Positions 50,352 to 59,834 of a stretch of DNA of 64,000 nt are shown here, one piece after another; the first letter of the stretch is position 1, and every line of letters begins with the position of its first letter. Origin of the DNA: an uncultured delta proteobacterium. GTDB lineage: Bacteria > Myxococcota_A > Polyangia > Polyangiales > Polyangiaceae. Location of the stretch: NCBI GenBank assembly GCA_963696385.1, contig CAVOKF010000001.1:192001-256000 (forward strand), written 5' to 3'. Position numbers and translations under genes: made by a program. The notes under the pieces are model-generated. The model was not told where the DNA came from, did not search any database, and worked only from the letters and a program-made list of their open reading frames with translations.

Positions 50352-52683
50352 GTGGTCGGAAGCGAACAGACACGCCAGAGAGTCGATCGAGACGTCTCGG
50401 CTGGCGACGCCCTGAGGGCCTCTGAAGCCATGTACCGGGCGCTCTTCGAACGCAGCTCGGACGCCATCCTGATCGCCGACGTCGAGACCCAGCTCTTTCG
50501 GTATGCGAATTCCGCGGCTTCTCGACTGCTCGGCTATGCCGAGACCGAACTGCACACGATGGGCTTCGCCGACATTCATCCGATCGATGCCGACGATCCT
50601 ATGAAGCGCGAATGCGAAAGCATCGCGCGTGGCGAGAGCACCCGGTCTGCGGACATGCCCTGTCTCAAGAAGGACGGCAGCCTCTTGTACGCAGACGTCA
50701 GTTCAACGGCGGTCACGATGGATGGGCGCCCGATGAGCGCCGTCTTTTTCCACGACTCGATGGACGCCAGGCGGGCGCGACAGGCCCTCGCAGCGAGCGA
50801 GGCGCGGTACCGTCGCTTATTCGAATCGGCCAAGGACGGCGTCCTGATCGTCGACGCCGACACGGGGCAAATCATCGACGTCAACCCGTTTCTGACCGAA
50901 TTGACGGGCTACTCGCGCGCCGACTTCCTGGGCGCGCATCTCTGGGAGATCGGCCTGTTCAAAGACATCGCCGCCTCCAAGGCTCTCTTTTCCGACCTCC
51001 AGGCTCGGCAGTACGTTCGCTACGAGAATCTACCCCTGGCGGCCCGATCCGGGCCGAAGATCGATGTCGAGTTCGTCAGCAACGTCTACCGGGTCGACGG
51101 CCAGAATTTCATCCAGTGCAACATTCGTGACATCACCGCGCGCAAGCGGGTCGAGGCCGAGCGCCAGCGGTTGACGATGGCCATCGAGCAGGCCGCCGAA
51201 GTGGTGCTCGTCGCCGATGCCAAGGGCGACATCGTGTACGTCAATCCGGCCTTCGAGACCGTGACGGGCTACTCGCAAGCCGAAGCTCGTGGCTTCCATT
51301 TGCGGGCACTCGAGAGCGTGCAGGACGAGGCGTCTTACCGCGCGATCTGGGACACGATCGGCGCCGGCAAGACGTGGCGCGGACGCGTGGTCAACAAGAA
51401 GAAAGACGGCAAGCTTTGCACCCAAGAGGGCACGATCGCGGTCGTGCGCGACGCGTCCGGAGCCGTCACGAGCTACGTCGCCGTTGCCCGGGACATTACC
51501 CAAGATCTCGCCTTGGAAGGGCAACTCCGACAGGCCCAGAAGATGGAGGCCATCGGGCGGCTCGCGGGCAGCGTCGCGCACGACTTCAACAACGTCCTGT
51601 CGGTGATCTTGAGCTACGCACAGATGATTGCCGGGGAACCGAAGCTCGACGAGTCCCTGCGTGCGGACGTCGATGAGATCAAGAAAGCCGCTTTGCGCGC
51701 GTCGGTCCTGACCGGACAACTCCTCACGTTCAGCCGGCAGCAGGTGCTGGAAGCGAAAGTGCTCAATCTCGACGACAGCGTGATCGGAATGGAAAAGATG
51801 CTCGGACGGCTCCTGGGCGCCGATATCGAGTTGACGCTCTTGTCGACGAGCGATCTCTGGAATGTCAAGGCGGATCCGGGCCAAATCGAGCAGGTTTTGA
51901 TGAACTTCGCAGTCAACGCGCGCGATGCAATGCCCGAGGGTGGCGTGTTGACGATCGAGACCGCGAACGTCGATCTGGATGACGACTATGCCCAATCCCA
52001 TCTCGGCGTTCGGCCCGGGTCCTACGTCAAGCTCTCGGTACGCGACAGCGGGACCGGGATGGACCGCGAGACCCAAACCATGATTCTTCGAGCCCTTTTT
52101 CACGACGAAGGATCCCGGTAAGGGGACCGGACTCGGCCTCGCGACCGTCTTCGGGATCGTCCAGCAAAGCGGCGGTCATATTTCGGTCTCCAGCGAGCCA
52201 GGCCACGGCACGACGTTCAACGTCTTCCTGCCGAGGGTCTCGGACGCCGTGGAGGTGGGCACTTCGAATGTCGACCGGCCTCTGCCCGAACCGGCATGCG
52301 GCGGCGAAACGATCCTGGTCGTCGAGGACGACGACCCCGTGCGTGCTCTCGCCCGAGACATTCTCCGACGCCGTGGGTACGTCGTTCTGGTGGCCTCCAA
52401 CGGAGGAGAGGCGTTTCTCATTTGCGAGCAGCACAAGGCCAAGATTCACCTATTGCTGACCGACTTGGTGCTGCCTCGGATGAGCGGCTTGCAGCTCGCC
52501 GAGCGCCTCGCGCCGATGAGGCCGGAAATGAAGGTGCTCATCATGTCCGGCTCCGCAAACGAACCCACCTTGCTCGAACGGGTCGTGCAGTCTGGGTTTG
52601 CGCTGATTCGCAAGCCGCTCACGCCGGGGGCGCTTCTCCGAAAGGTGCAGGAGGTCTGCACCCGGTCGGCCGCCGCCTCGTAA
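50352..52683 (+). CDS. Triple-PAS hybrid histidine kinase, +1 frameshift near 52086
   Basis: PAS repeats, QKMEAIGRLAG.VAHDFNN, NARDAMP, DSGTGM; continues in the next frame as FEPFFTTK..GKGTGLGL and receiver ILVVEDD...LTDLVLP. Confidence 0.9.
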
Positions 52684-52716
52684 GGACACCGCCCCAGAAC
52701 AAGGTTCTCTCGTTCG

Positions 52717-54336
52717 CTAGGGCGATCCGACGAACGTCGTGACGCTCTGGGCCGAGAGCGGTGCCGCGAAGCTGCCGCCGGTGAGCCGGATGGCGGTCCC
52801 GGCGGCCAGGTTTTCGCTCGCCGATGTGACCCACGGAACGACCTGGGCCGGCCAGGACGAACCCTGGACGAAGATCGTCGCGGTCGTTGCGCCGCCCGTG
52901 TTGATGGCGACGATGGCCACCGTGTTGTCCGCGGGGTTGTCGAACGCGATGACCGACACCCCCGACGGGGGTGCGGAGCCTGCGACGTCCACGCGGTAAA
53001 AGCCGGGACGCACGAACCGGCTGAAGTTTCCGAGCACCCAGAGCCGCTTCGCCCAGGTCGCCGCTCCCGTGTCCCAGAGTCCCCCGTTGCCGCTCGAATA
53101 AAACCACCAGTAGTGCCACGCGTTCATGTTCGCCACGGTGAGCGCCTGATAGATCTCGCTGGCCACGATGAGGCCGTTGGCCATCGTCGTGTCCTCCGCT
53201 CCCGTCACGTACCACTCCGTCTCCCAGAACTCCTTGCCGGCCGCCTGGATGGCGGGGTAGGCCGCAGGGCTGCCTCCGTACTCGTGCGTGGCCACGATCG
53301 ACGTGGCGGTCCACGCGGCGGAGTTGGCAGCGAGCGCCGTCTCGAACGTCTTGAAATCACCCCAATCCTGCGTCTCGGGGGCCACGATCTTGACGCCCGA
53401 ACCGGCCAACGCGGGGCCCATACTCCCGCCGACGAACGTGGCCAGGGTCGTGGCCGTGTAAACGCACGATTCGTAAGTGACGTCCGCGTCCGGCTCGTTC
53501 TGCGCAGAAATCGCGTAGAGGTTGATGCCTGCCGCCTTCATCGTCGTCACGTAGCTCGCCAGGCTGGCGGCCCAGGCCGACGGGTCGGTGAGCGTTCCCT
53601 CGATCGTGGTGCCGTTGGACTTGTCCGCTGCCGGAGGCGTCCAGGGGGTCGCCCACACGGTCGCGCCGAGCGCCTGTGCGGCCAAGGCCATGCTGATTTC
53701 GGCGGCGCTCGTCGTTCCCGCGGGCGACGGTTGAATTCGGACCCGGAATAGAGACAGACCGGCTCCGCTGGTCGTCGAAAACAGAGTCGTCGGGTCCGTG
53801 GCGTTCAGGTAACCCCCCTCCCAGGCCGACGACGCGCCGAATCCGGAGATGTGCTGGTGAACCGTGCCCGGATTCACGACGATGGCATTCGCCGGGGCAA
53901 CGCCGGGCATTTCGCCGGCGCCGGAAGCCCCCGCGTCCGAGGACGACCCTGCGCTCGATCCGGACCCGGAGGAAGACGAGCCCGCGGTCGATCCAGCGCC
54001 TGACGAAACCGATCCGGTCGATCCCGATCCGCTGCCGGGATGGGTGGTCGCCCCGGAAGCCCCGGAGTTCGAAGACGAGCTCGATCCGGAGCCGTTGTCC
54101 GGCAGGGTGCCCGGGGCGGTTCCGGTAGCCGAGGACGATGCCCCCGAGGGGCCTGCGCCGGACACTCCCGATCCCACGCTCCCCGCCGAGCTTGGGTTGC
54201 CGGCGGTGGACCCGGAGGAGGGGCCGGATCCCGTTCCGGACGACGATCCGCCCTGGTCGAGCGAGCCGTTGGAACCGCACGCCACGGCGACGAGGGTCGG
54301 GGCGATGACGCAGACGATCGTGAAGCGAGCGCGCAT
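52717..54336 (-). CDS. GH30 glycoside hydrolase lipoprotein (xylanase-like) with a Ser/Gly linker
   Basis: AVAC lipobox; Q.I.GFGAS.AW, G.GLS..R.RI, ATPWTPPA, S.QNEPD (acid/base), WETE (nucleophile), GNFSRFVRPG..R. Confidence 0.88.
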   Translation of the reverse strand: MRARFTIVCVIAPTLVAVACGSNGSLDQGGSSSGTGSGPSSGSTAGNPSSAGSVGSGVSGAGPSGASSSATGTAPGTLPDNGSGSSSSSNSGASGATTHPGSGSGSTGSVSSGAGSTAGSSSSGSGSSAGSSSDAGASGAGEMPGVAPANAIVVNPGTVHQHISGFGASSAWEGGYLNATDPTTLFSTTSGAGLSLFRVRIQPSPAGTTSAAEISMALAAQALGATVWATPWTPPAADKSNGTTIEGTLTDPSAWAASLASYVTTMKAAGINLYAISAQNEPDADVTYESCVYTATTLATFVGGSMGPALAGSGVKIVAPETQDWGDFKTFETALAANSAAWTATSIVATHEYGGSPAAYPAIQAAGKEFWETEWYVTGAEDTTMANGLIVASEIYQALTVANMNAWHYWWFYSSGNGGLWDTGAATWAKRLWVLGNFSRFVRPGFYRVDVAGSAPPSGVSVIAFDNPADNTVAIVAINTGGATTATIFVQGSSWPAQVVPWVTSASENLAAGTAIRLTGGSFAAPLSAQSVTTFVGSP

Positions 54337-54528
54337 GGGCCAGTCTCTATTCTTATCGGGCTTGGTGCCCCTCGGCACGTGAGTCGAGCTCGCGATCGAC
54401 ACAACGGCCCCGTTTTCGTCCGGGGCGTGCCGAACGACAACGCTTGCGCGGTATTTGTCTACTCGGAGCGTGTTCCTATCCGTCGCGAGCGATTCGAGAG
54501 GCGCCGGTGTATTTAGGGGTGGGACAGG

Positions 54529-55482
54529 CTAGCCGCCGGCGGCATCCTCGGCCGCGCCATCGAGGTTGGGGGCATCCGTCGACGCGTCGCTGGTCGGCGT
54601 CGCCGCTTCCGCATCCACGGAAGCGTCCGTCGAACCGTCGGAGGATCCGGCCGAAGCATCGGGGGATCCGGCCGAAGCATCGGGCGATCGCGCCGAAGCA
54701 TCGGGCGATCCGGCGTCGGCAGCGGAGTCCAGGATCGCCGCGTCCGATGGGGGCGCTTCGGTTTCAGCACGATCGGCGGTCGCCGAATCCGTCGGTGCCG
54801 AATGCGCGTCCTCGGTGGACTCGGCTTCCTCGCCCTCCGCGGCGTCCTCGGTGCACCCGCTGTCGGTTTCGCCTCCGTCGCCGCAGGCAAAGCTCTGACA
54901 GGTCGTCTGACAGGTCGTCCCCGCGGGACACCACGTGCCCACGCACGCGGACGCCAAGTACGAATAGATGTCGCCCGAGGAGCAGCAGCTGGCGAGGCCC
55001 GCAGAGCTGTTGCACATAAACGGCACGGGGTGGTTGGGGTCCGCTTGCCCGCAGGGCACGGGGGTGGCCGCTTCGCTGGCCGCATCGGGGACGGCCCCGA
55101 CGCAGGATCGCGGCGCGTTCCCTGGTTCGGTGGTGCATTGCCAGGTTACGGAGTCGCAGGCGCAAAAGGCGGACGGATAGATGCAGCTGCTGAGCGTCGT
55201 GCAGGGCTGGTAGTCGTAGGGCGGCTGTGCCGGGCAATCCATGTTGTTCGTGCAAGCAAAAGCGCCAAGCTCACACGAACAAGTCACCGATCCATAGCAA
55301 CACGCCAGACCCGCAACATCGCAGCTCGCGCTCTGCGCGGCCGTGGCCGAGCTGGGACACGCCGCCGGGTTGCTGGAGCTCGAGCACGCGGCAAGCCACG
55401 CCCCGACGATCGCGATCGCGAACAGCAGTCCGCCCGTAACGTTTCGATGCACGCCCCTGCTTCTCCGCGATCGACGGGTCAT
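54529..55482 (-). CDS. Cys-rich lipoprotein with an acidic DAS-repeat tail
   Basis: LAAC lipobox; many Cys; (SPDASAG) repeats near 54640-54713. Confidence 0.7.
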   Translation of the reverse strand: MTRRSRRSRGVHRNVTGGLLFAIAIVGAWLAACSSSSNPAACPSSATAAQSASCDVAGLACCYGSVTCSCELGAFACTNNMDCPAQPPYDYQPCTTLSSCIYPSAFCACDSVTWQCTTEPGNAPRSCVGAVPDAASEAATPVPCGQADPNHPVPFMCNSSAGLASCCSSGDIYSYLASACVGTWCPAGTTCQTTCQSFACGDGGETDSGCTEDAAEGEEAESTEDAHSAPTDSATADRAETEAPPSDAAILDSAADAGSPDASARSPDASAGSPDASAGSSDGSTDASVDAEAATPTSDASTDAPNLDGAAEDAAGG

Positions 55483-55725
55483 GCGGCTCTACGGCTATCA
55501 CGGCGCGCGACGCGAAAACAACGATGAGAGCCGTTCTTCGGTCCATCGTGGGCGTTTGCGGTTTGCCCCGAGATGAAATTTTGCACCGACAATTGACCCT
55601 GGGTGCACCGCTGGGGCTGCAAAGAGCGCTGTTTTCCTACGCGCCGTGCCGCCCCTGGTACCGACCGTATGGCGTCGTCCGCCATCTGCGGCATCGATGG
55701 ATGGCCCAAGCTGGAGACGTCCGAC

Positions 55726-56685
55726 ATGAAACGACTTCCGTTCACCGCAATCGCTCTTTTTACCTCGGCCGCGTGGATCGTCGGGTGCGAGGGAAAGAGC
55801 GAGTCGGGCGCAGCCGCAGGCCCCGTCGCGCAAACCTCGGCCGCGCTCGCCGCGTCGTCGGTGCCGAGTCCAAAGCCGGCTCCCAGTGGAGAGGCGAGGG
55901 ACCACCGCGACGGGTTGGCGGGCATGTTTTTCAGAGCGGCGCAGCAGATCGACTTGACCGACGAGCAGAAGGCGGTGGTCGGCACGCTCGAGCCGTTGCT
56001 GCACGCTACCCCCAATGTGCGCCCCGCGATGCAGACCTTCCACACCGATCTGGTCGCTGGAATCGAGGCCGGTCTGCTCGATGCGACGAAAATCCAAGCG
56101 GATCTGTCCGCGATCGATACGGCGGCCCAGGCCGCTCGGGATGCCCAGGCCGGATCGCTCGGCCGACTTCACGATGCGCTCGACGCACCGCGCCGTAAGG
56201 CGCTGGTCGACACCCTCCGCGAAAAGCAGGCCGCTCGCGACGGAGGTCGCAAGCCGTTTTGGGGCCACGATGGGGGCCCGACGAACTGGACCGCACGTCG
56301 GTTGGATTGGATGACCCAGAAGCTCGGGCTGGACAGCGTGCAGCAAAAGCAGGTGGCGGGGCTTCTTGCCAAGGACGACGCCCCCCCCAGTGGGCCGGCG
56401 GGGCCGAGGGGCATGAGCGACGCCGGCAAGGCGCACATGGACGCGCTGCTGACTGCCTTCGAAGCCGACTCGTTCGACGCCAAATCGTTCGATCCCTCGT
56501 GGGCTGCGGACAAGTCGCCTGCGGACCGACTGCATCACCAAGTGACCTTTCTCGAGCACCTTTTGCCGATCTTGAAGCCCGATCAGCGCGACCGGTTGGC
56601 CGCGCTCTTCGCGGGCCCCCGCGGCGACGGCGGGCGCCACCGTGGCGGTGACCCGCAAGTCGATCCGTTCGACGACGCCGACTAG
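55726..56685 (+). CDS. Lipoprotein with Spy/CpxP-like helical repeats
   Basis: VGC lipobox; DLTDEQK, LHD.LD...RK.L, LGLD..QQK, IL.PDQR..LA. Confidence 0.7.
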   Translation: MKRLPFTAIALFTSAAWIVGCEGKSESGAAAGPVAQTSAALAASSVPSPKPAPSGEARDHRDGLAGMFFRAAQQIDLTDEQKAVVGTLEPLLHATPNVRPAMQTFHTDLVAGIEAGLLDATKIQADLSAIDTAAQAARDAQAGSLGRLHDALDAPRRKALVDTLREKQAARDGGRKPFWGHDGGPTNWTARRLDWMTQKLGLDSVQQKQVAGLLAKDDAPPSGPAGPRGMSDAGKAHMDALLTAFEADSFDAKSFDPSWAADKSPADRLHHQVTFLEHLLPILKPDQRDRLAALFAGPRGDGGRHRGGDPQVDPFDDAD

Positions 56686-56883
56686 TACCCCGATTCCATG
56701 AAACGGAGGGGTGAGACCACCCAATCCCGTCGGGAATATCGCGGAAAACGACCCTTCCATTCCGCGGAATCGAGGTACTAGGGGCCCCTTTGCGCGGCCT
56801 AGCAGCGCTACTGCCGTTTGTGCCCGAGGTCTTGCCTTGGGTTGCCGGGTGGCGCATCCTCTCGCCCGAGGCCCCGGGCACCG

Positions 56884-57351
56884 ATGTCACGATCTCCGAA
56901 GCACGCGAAGAGCGCCGTCGCTCACGCCCCTTCGATCGCCGAGTTGAAGGCCGAGATTCGCGGGTACGGGATACGCAGCACGGCCCCACGTCTTGCGGTA
57001 CTCGCGCACCTGAGCCGAGCCGAGGCGCCGCTCAGCCATACGGAGGTCTACGAGGCGCTGCAGGACCGCGGCTACGACCGCGCCACCATCTATCGCAACT
57101 TGATCAATCTCGCGGACGTAGGACTTCTCACGCGGTCCGACCTGGGCGATCACGCCTGGCGCTTCGAGCGCAAGCAAGACAAGATCGGTCGCTCCGGGGC
57201 GCATCCGCACTTCATTTGCGTCGACTGCGGCAAAGTCAAATGTCTTCCCGACAATGCCGTGAGGGTCGTGCCCTCGTTCGGTGTCCCTACGGCGTTGCGC
57301 AACAAGGACGTCGAGGTTCAGGTCAAGGGCCGTTGCGACGCCTGCGCTTAG
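56884..57351 (+). CDS. Fur-family transcriptional regulator
   Basis: R.T.PR..VL, DRATIYRNL..L...GL, HPHF.C..CG, G.C..C. Confidence 0.92.
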   Translation: MSRSPKHAKSAVAHAPSIAELKAEIRGYGIRSTAPRLAVLAHLSRAEAPLSHTEVYEALQDRGYDRATIYRNLINLADVGLLTRSDLGDHAWRFERKQDKIGRSGAHPHFICVDCGKVKCLPDNAVRVVPSFGVPTALRNKDVEVQVKGRCDACA

Positions 57352-57429
57352 TACAGCGCCCCGATCCCTTTGTTCTGGGGCGGTGCACTTAGAAGCGGTG
57401 CTGTCAGGCGGGTGCGGCCCTACCGGCCG

Positions 57430-58101
57430 CTATCGGCCACCCAAAACCGCCCGGACGATCGCGCGCTGTCCCGCGAGAATCTCCGTGGCGCGCCCCAGAC
57501 CGATCTCGGCCGCGAGCGCTCTCAGCAGACTCTCGGCGCGGTCGCTGGTGCCCGAAGGCCGGCCGACCGTCGTCGGGCTGGGCTTGGGTGTCGGCTTCGG
57601 CGCGGTCGCGCTTTTCTTGGCGGCATTTCCCGACGAGCGGACGTTGTAGACGTAACCCACCCCAATCGGGATCCCGGCGGCGCCCGCCTTCTGCACAATC
57701 TGCTTGGGAGTCGAGTTCGGGAAGCGTCGCACGAAGTCCGCTTTGCTCTGGATGGGAGCGGGTTGCTTGGCGGAGGGCTTTGTGAGGCCGCGTGCGGGTT
57801 GAGCCGGAGCCTTCGTCACGGGTTTGGCCGGAGCCTTCGTCACCGGTTGAGCCGGCGCCTTCGTCAGGGGTTTGGCCGGCGCCTTCGTCAGGGGTTTGGC
57901 CGGAGCCCTCGTCACCGGTTGGGCCGGACCCTTCGGTTGCTTCCCCTTCGCTTTCGCTCGACCCCGAACGTTGTAGACGAGGCCCGGATCGATCGTTAAC
58001 CCAGAGGCTTTCGCCTTGTCGACGACCTCCGCGGCAGAGAGATCGGACGGCTGTTGGCGGATGAAGTCGGACTTGCTGACGGTGGGTTTCTCGGCGGCCA
58101 T
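57430..58101 (-). CDS. Basic protein with a duplicated about-40-aa domain and a (PAKPxTKA)n linker; histone H1-like nucleoid-protein candidate
   Basis: SKSDFIR...EVVDKAKASGLTI...LVYNVR and SKADFVR...QIVQKAGAAGIPI...YVYNVR; Lys/Ala/Pro-rich linkers. Confidence 0.7.
   Translation of the reverse strand: MAAEKPTVSKSDFIRQQPSDLSAAEVVDKAKASGLTIDPGLVYNVRGRAKAKGKQPKGPAQPVTRAPAKPLTKAPAKPLTKAPAQPVTKAPAKPVTKAPAQPARGLTKPSAKQPAPIQSKADFVRRFPNSTPKQIVQKAGAAGIPIGVGYVYNVRSSGNAAKKSATAPKPTPKPSPTTVGRPSGTSDRAESLLRALAAEIGLGRATEILAGQRAIVRAVLGGR
57796..57927 (-). repeat. 24-bp coding tandem repeat (about 5.5 copies)
   Basis: PAQPVTRA PAKPLTKA PAKPLTKA PAQPVTKA PAKPVTKA PAQP. Confidence 0.9.
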
Positions 58102-58329
58102 AAGGGTGGTAGTTCAGCACGGGTCGGCCCGTCGGAGCAACATCCTCAATTCCGGACCTCCGTCCCCGCTCCTTCGAGCCGCGGCCAGACGGGCGGGTAG
58201 GGGGACCTGGATGCCGCTCTCACGGTTTTCGTGTTAGGTTGGACCGGTCCTGTGCCTGCGGGGCCCTCGGCGGCTTTTCGTCGCCGACGATCCGAATGGG
58301 GTCATGTTCAGGATGGGGACGAGGACACC

Positions 58330-58818
58330 ATGATGCCCGACTCCGTCCTCAAAGAGTCCCTTCGGCAGGAGCTCGTGGAGCTCTTGACGGCGGATCTCGC
58401 AACGCGAAGCCGAGCGTACCGGGCCGCCAGCGACGCGGCGACGCACGAAGAAGCCAAGCCCGAGAACGACAAGGACACCCGCGCCCTCGAGCAATCGTAT
58501 CTTGCCCGTGGCGAAGCGATGCGGGTCGAAGAGCTCCGATCGGCGCTGGCCGAGGTTCAATCCATGCCACTGCCTCGGCTGTCACCCATGGCCCCGGTTG
58601 GCCTCGGGGCGATCGTGTCCGTCGATGAAGCGGGGACCGCTCGGCATCTTTGGATCGCCCCCCACGGCGGGGGGGCGCTTCTCAGCGCGGGGAAGATCCA
58701 AGTCGTGACGCCGAAGTCGCCTGTGGGGCGTGCCCTCATCGGAAAGCGCGCGGGTGACGATTGCGAGATCGTGGTCGCGGCAAGGACGCGAGAGATCGCG
58801 ATCCTTGCTGTGCGCTGA
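58330..58818 (+). CDS. GreA/GreB-family elongation factor-like protein
   Basis: ATHEE.KPEN.KDTR.LE.SYLA.G; C-terminal V.LGA.V...V.TP.SP.G.AL.GK..GD. Confidence 0.82.
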   Translation: MMPDSVLKESLRQELVELLTADLATRSRAYRAASDAATHEEAKPENDKDTRALEQSYLARGEAMRVEELRSALAEVQSMPLPRLSPMAPVGLGAIVSVDEAGTARHLWIAPHGGGALLSAGKIQVVTPKSPVGRALIGKRAGDDCEIVVAARTREIAILAVR

Positions 58819-58894
58819 CGGGCCGTCTCCCCGCTGAGGTCGAGGTCGGGGTCGAGGGCCGACGTCGGGGTCGATCGCCGTTGACCCACCGTGG

Positions 58895-59638
58895 CTACCC
58901 CAGATACGTGGCGGAGGCCAGTTTATGAAAATTCTGAGTGAGCCACGTGCTCTGGAAATGGCGTCCGAAGGCCTGTTCGAAATACTCTCGCAATCGCTCC
59001 GCGGGTATCCAATTTCCGCGAACTTTCAGGACGCGCAGAGCATCGAGATGTTTGTGAGCTTCCGCCACCTGCAATAGTTTGATGACCTGCGATCGATCGA
59101 ACTTGAAGTAGCTCTGAATGGATCCGTCTTCCGAAGGGGCGTGGACGATGGTGTAAGTCAGTCCGATATTGCCCGTACAGGGATCGGAGCCGCACAAGCA
59201 AGGAATGGGCACACGCCTGTGCCAATGATAATCGATGGTGATTTCGTCTCCGGCGCGGATGGGGCGGACCGCTCGCATCATCAAGGCATCGGCGTCCCGA
59301 TACTTCTCCGTGATCGTGGTGTTCGGACGGCAAGAATGATTGGCGATGTGCCCTCCAATCTTCGCCGGATCCGGGCGAATGGCGAGAAAGCCTTCGGGCG
59401 TCGTCTTGTAGCTCATCGTGTATTCCGCGTCTTTGGAGTGACTGAAGACGTCCGCTTCTTCTTCGGTCGCAAAAACGGGAATAGTGATGGGCTCACCCAC
59501 GAAGGCGGCGACTAAATCGCCTTTCTTGTGATCGACCAACGAGAAAATACCTCGACCCTTGTCGGTCTGCCGGATTTCAATCCATGAATGATCGAGCGCC
59601 TGCTTGTATTTTTTGGTCTCTTGCCAGGGATGACTCAT
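58895..59638 (-). CDS. SET-domain (SET + post-SET) lysine methyltransferase-like protein
   Basis: KGRGIFS, ANHSCRPN, AVRPIRAGDEITIDY, post-SET CLCGSDPCTG; extra C-terminal region; visibly more AT-rich than neighbours. Confidence 0.88.
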   Translation of the reverse strand: MSHPWQETKKYKQALDHSWIEIRQTDKGRGIFSLVDHKKGDLVAAFVGEPITIPVFATEEEADVFSHSKDAEYTMSYKTTPEGFLAIRPDPAKIGGHIANHSCRPNTTITEKYRDADALMMRAVRPIRAGDEITIDYHWHRRVPIPCLCGSDPCTGNIGLTYTIVHAPSEDGSIQSYFKFDRSQVIKLLQVAEAHKHLDALRVLKVRGNWIPAERLREYFEQAFGRHFQSTWLTQNFHKLASATYLG

Positions 59639-59834
59639 CCTCGTGCCCCGTCGCCCGTCGCCCGGCTGACTTCGTGTCCGTCGGGCGACGCGAGGCACTT
59701 TACTCGCCTTGACGCCGGTGTGCACGCCCGTGCCCGTCTGGGCAAGGCCGGCGCCCCAGGCGCCCGCGGTACGCGACCGTCGGGCCTGCGGTCCGACCTT
59801 CGAGCGGTTCGGGCGGGGCCCCGCGACCGGGAAA

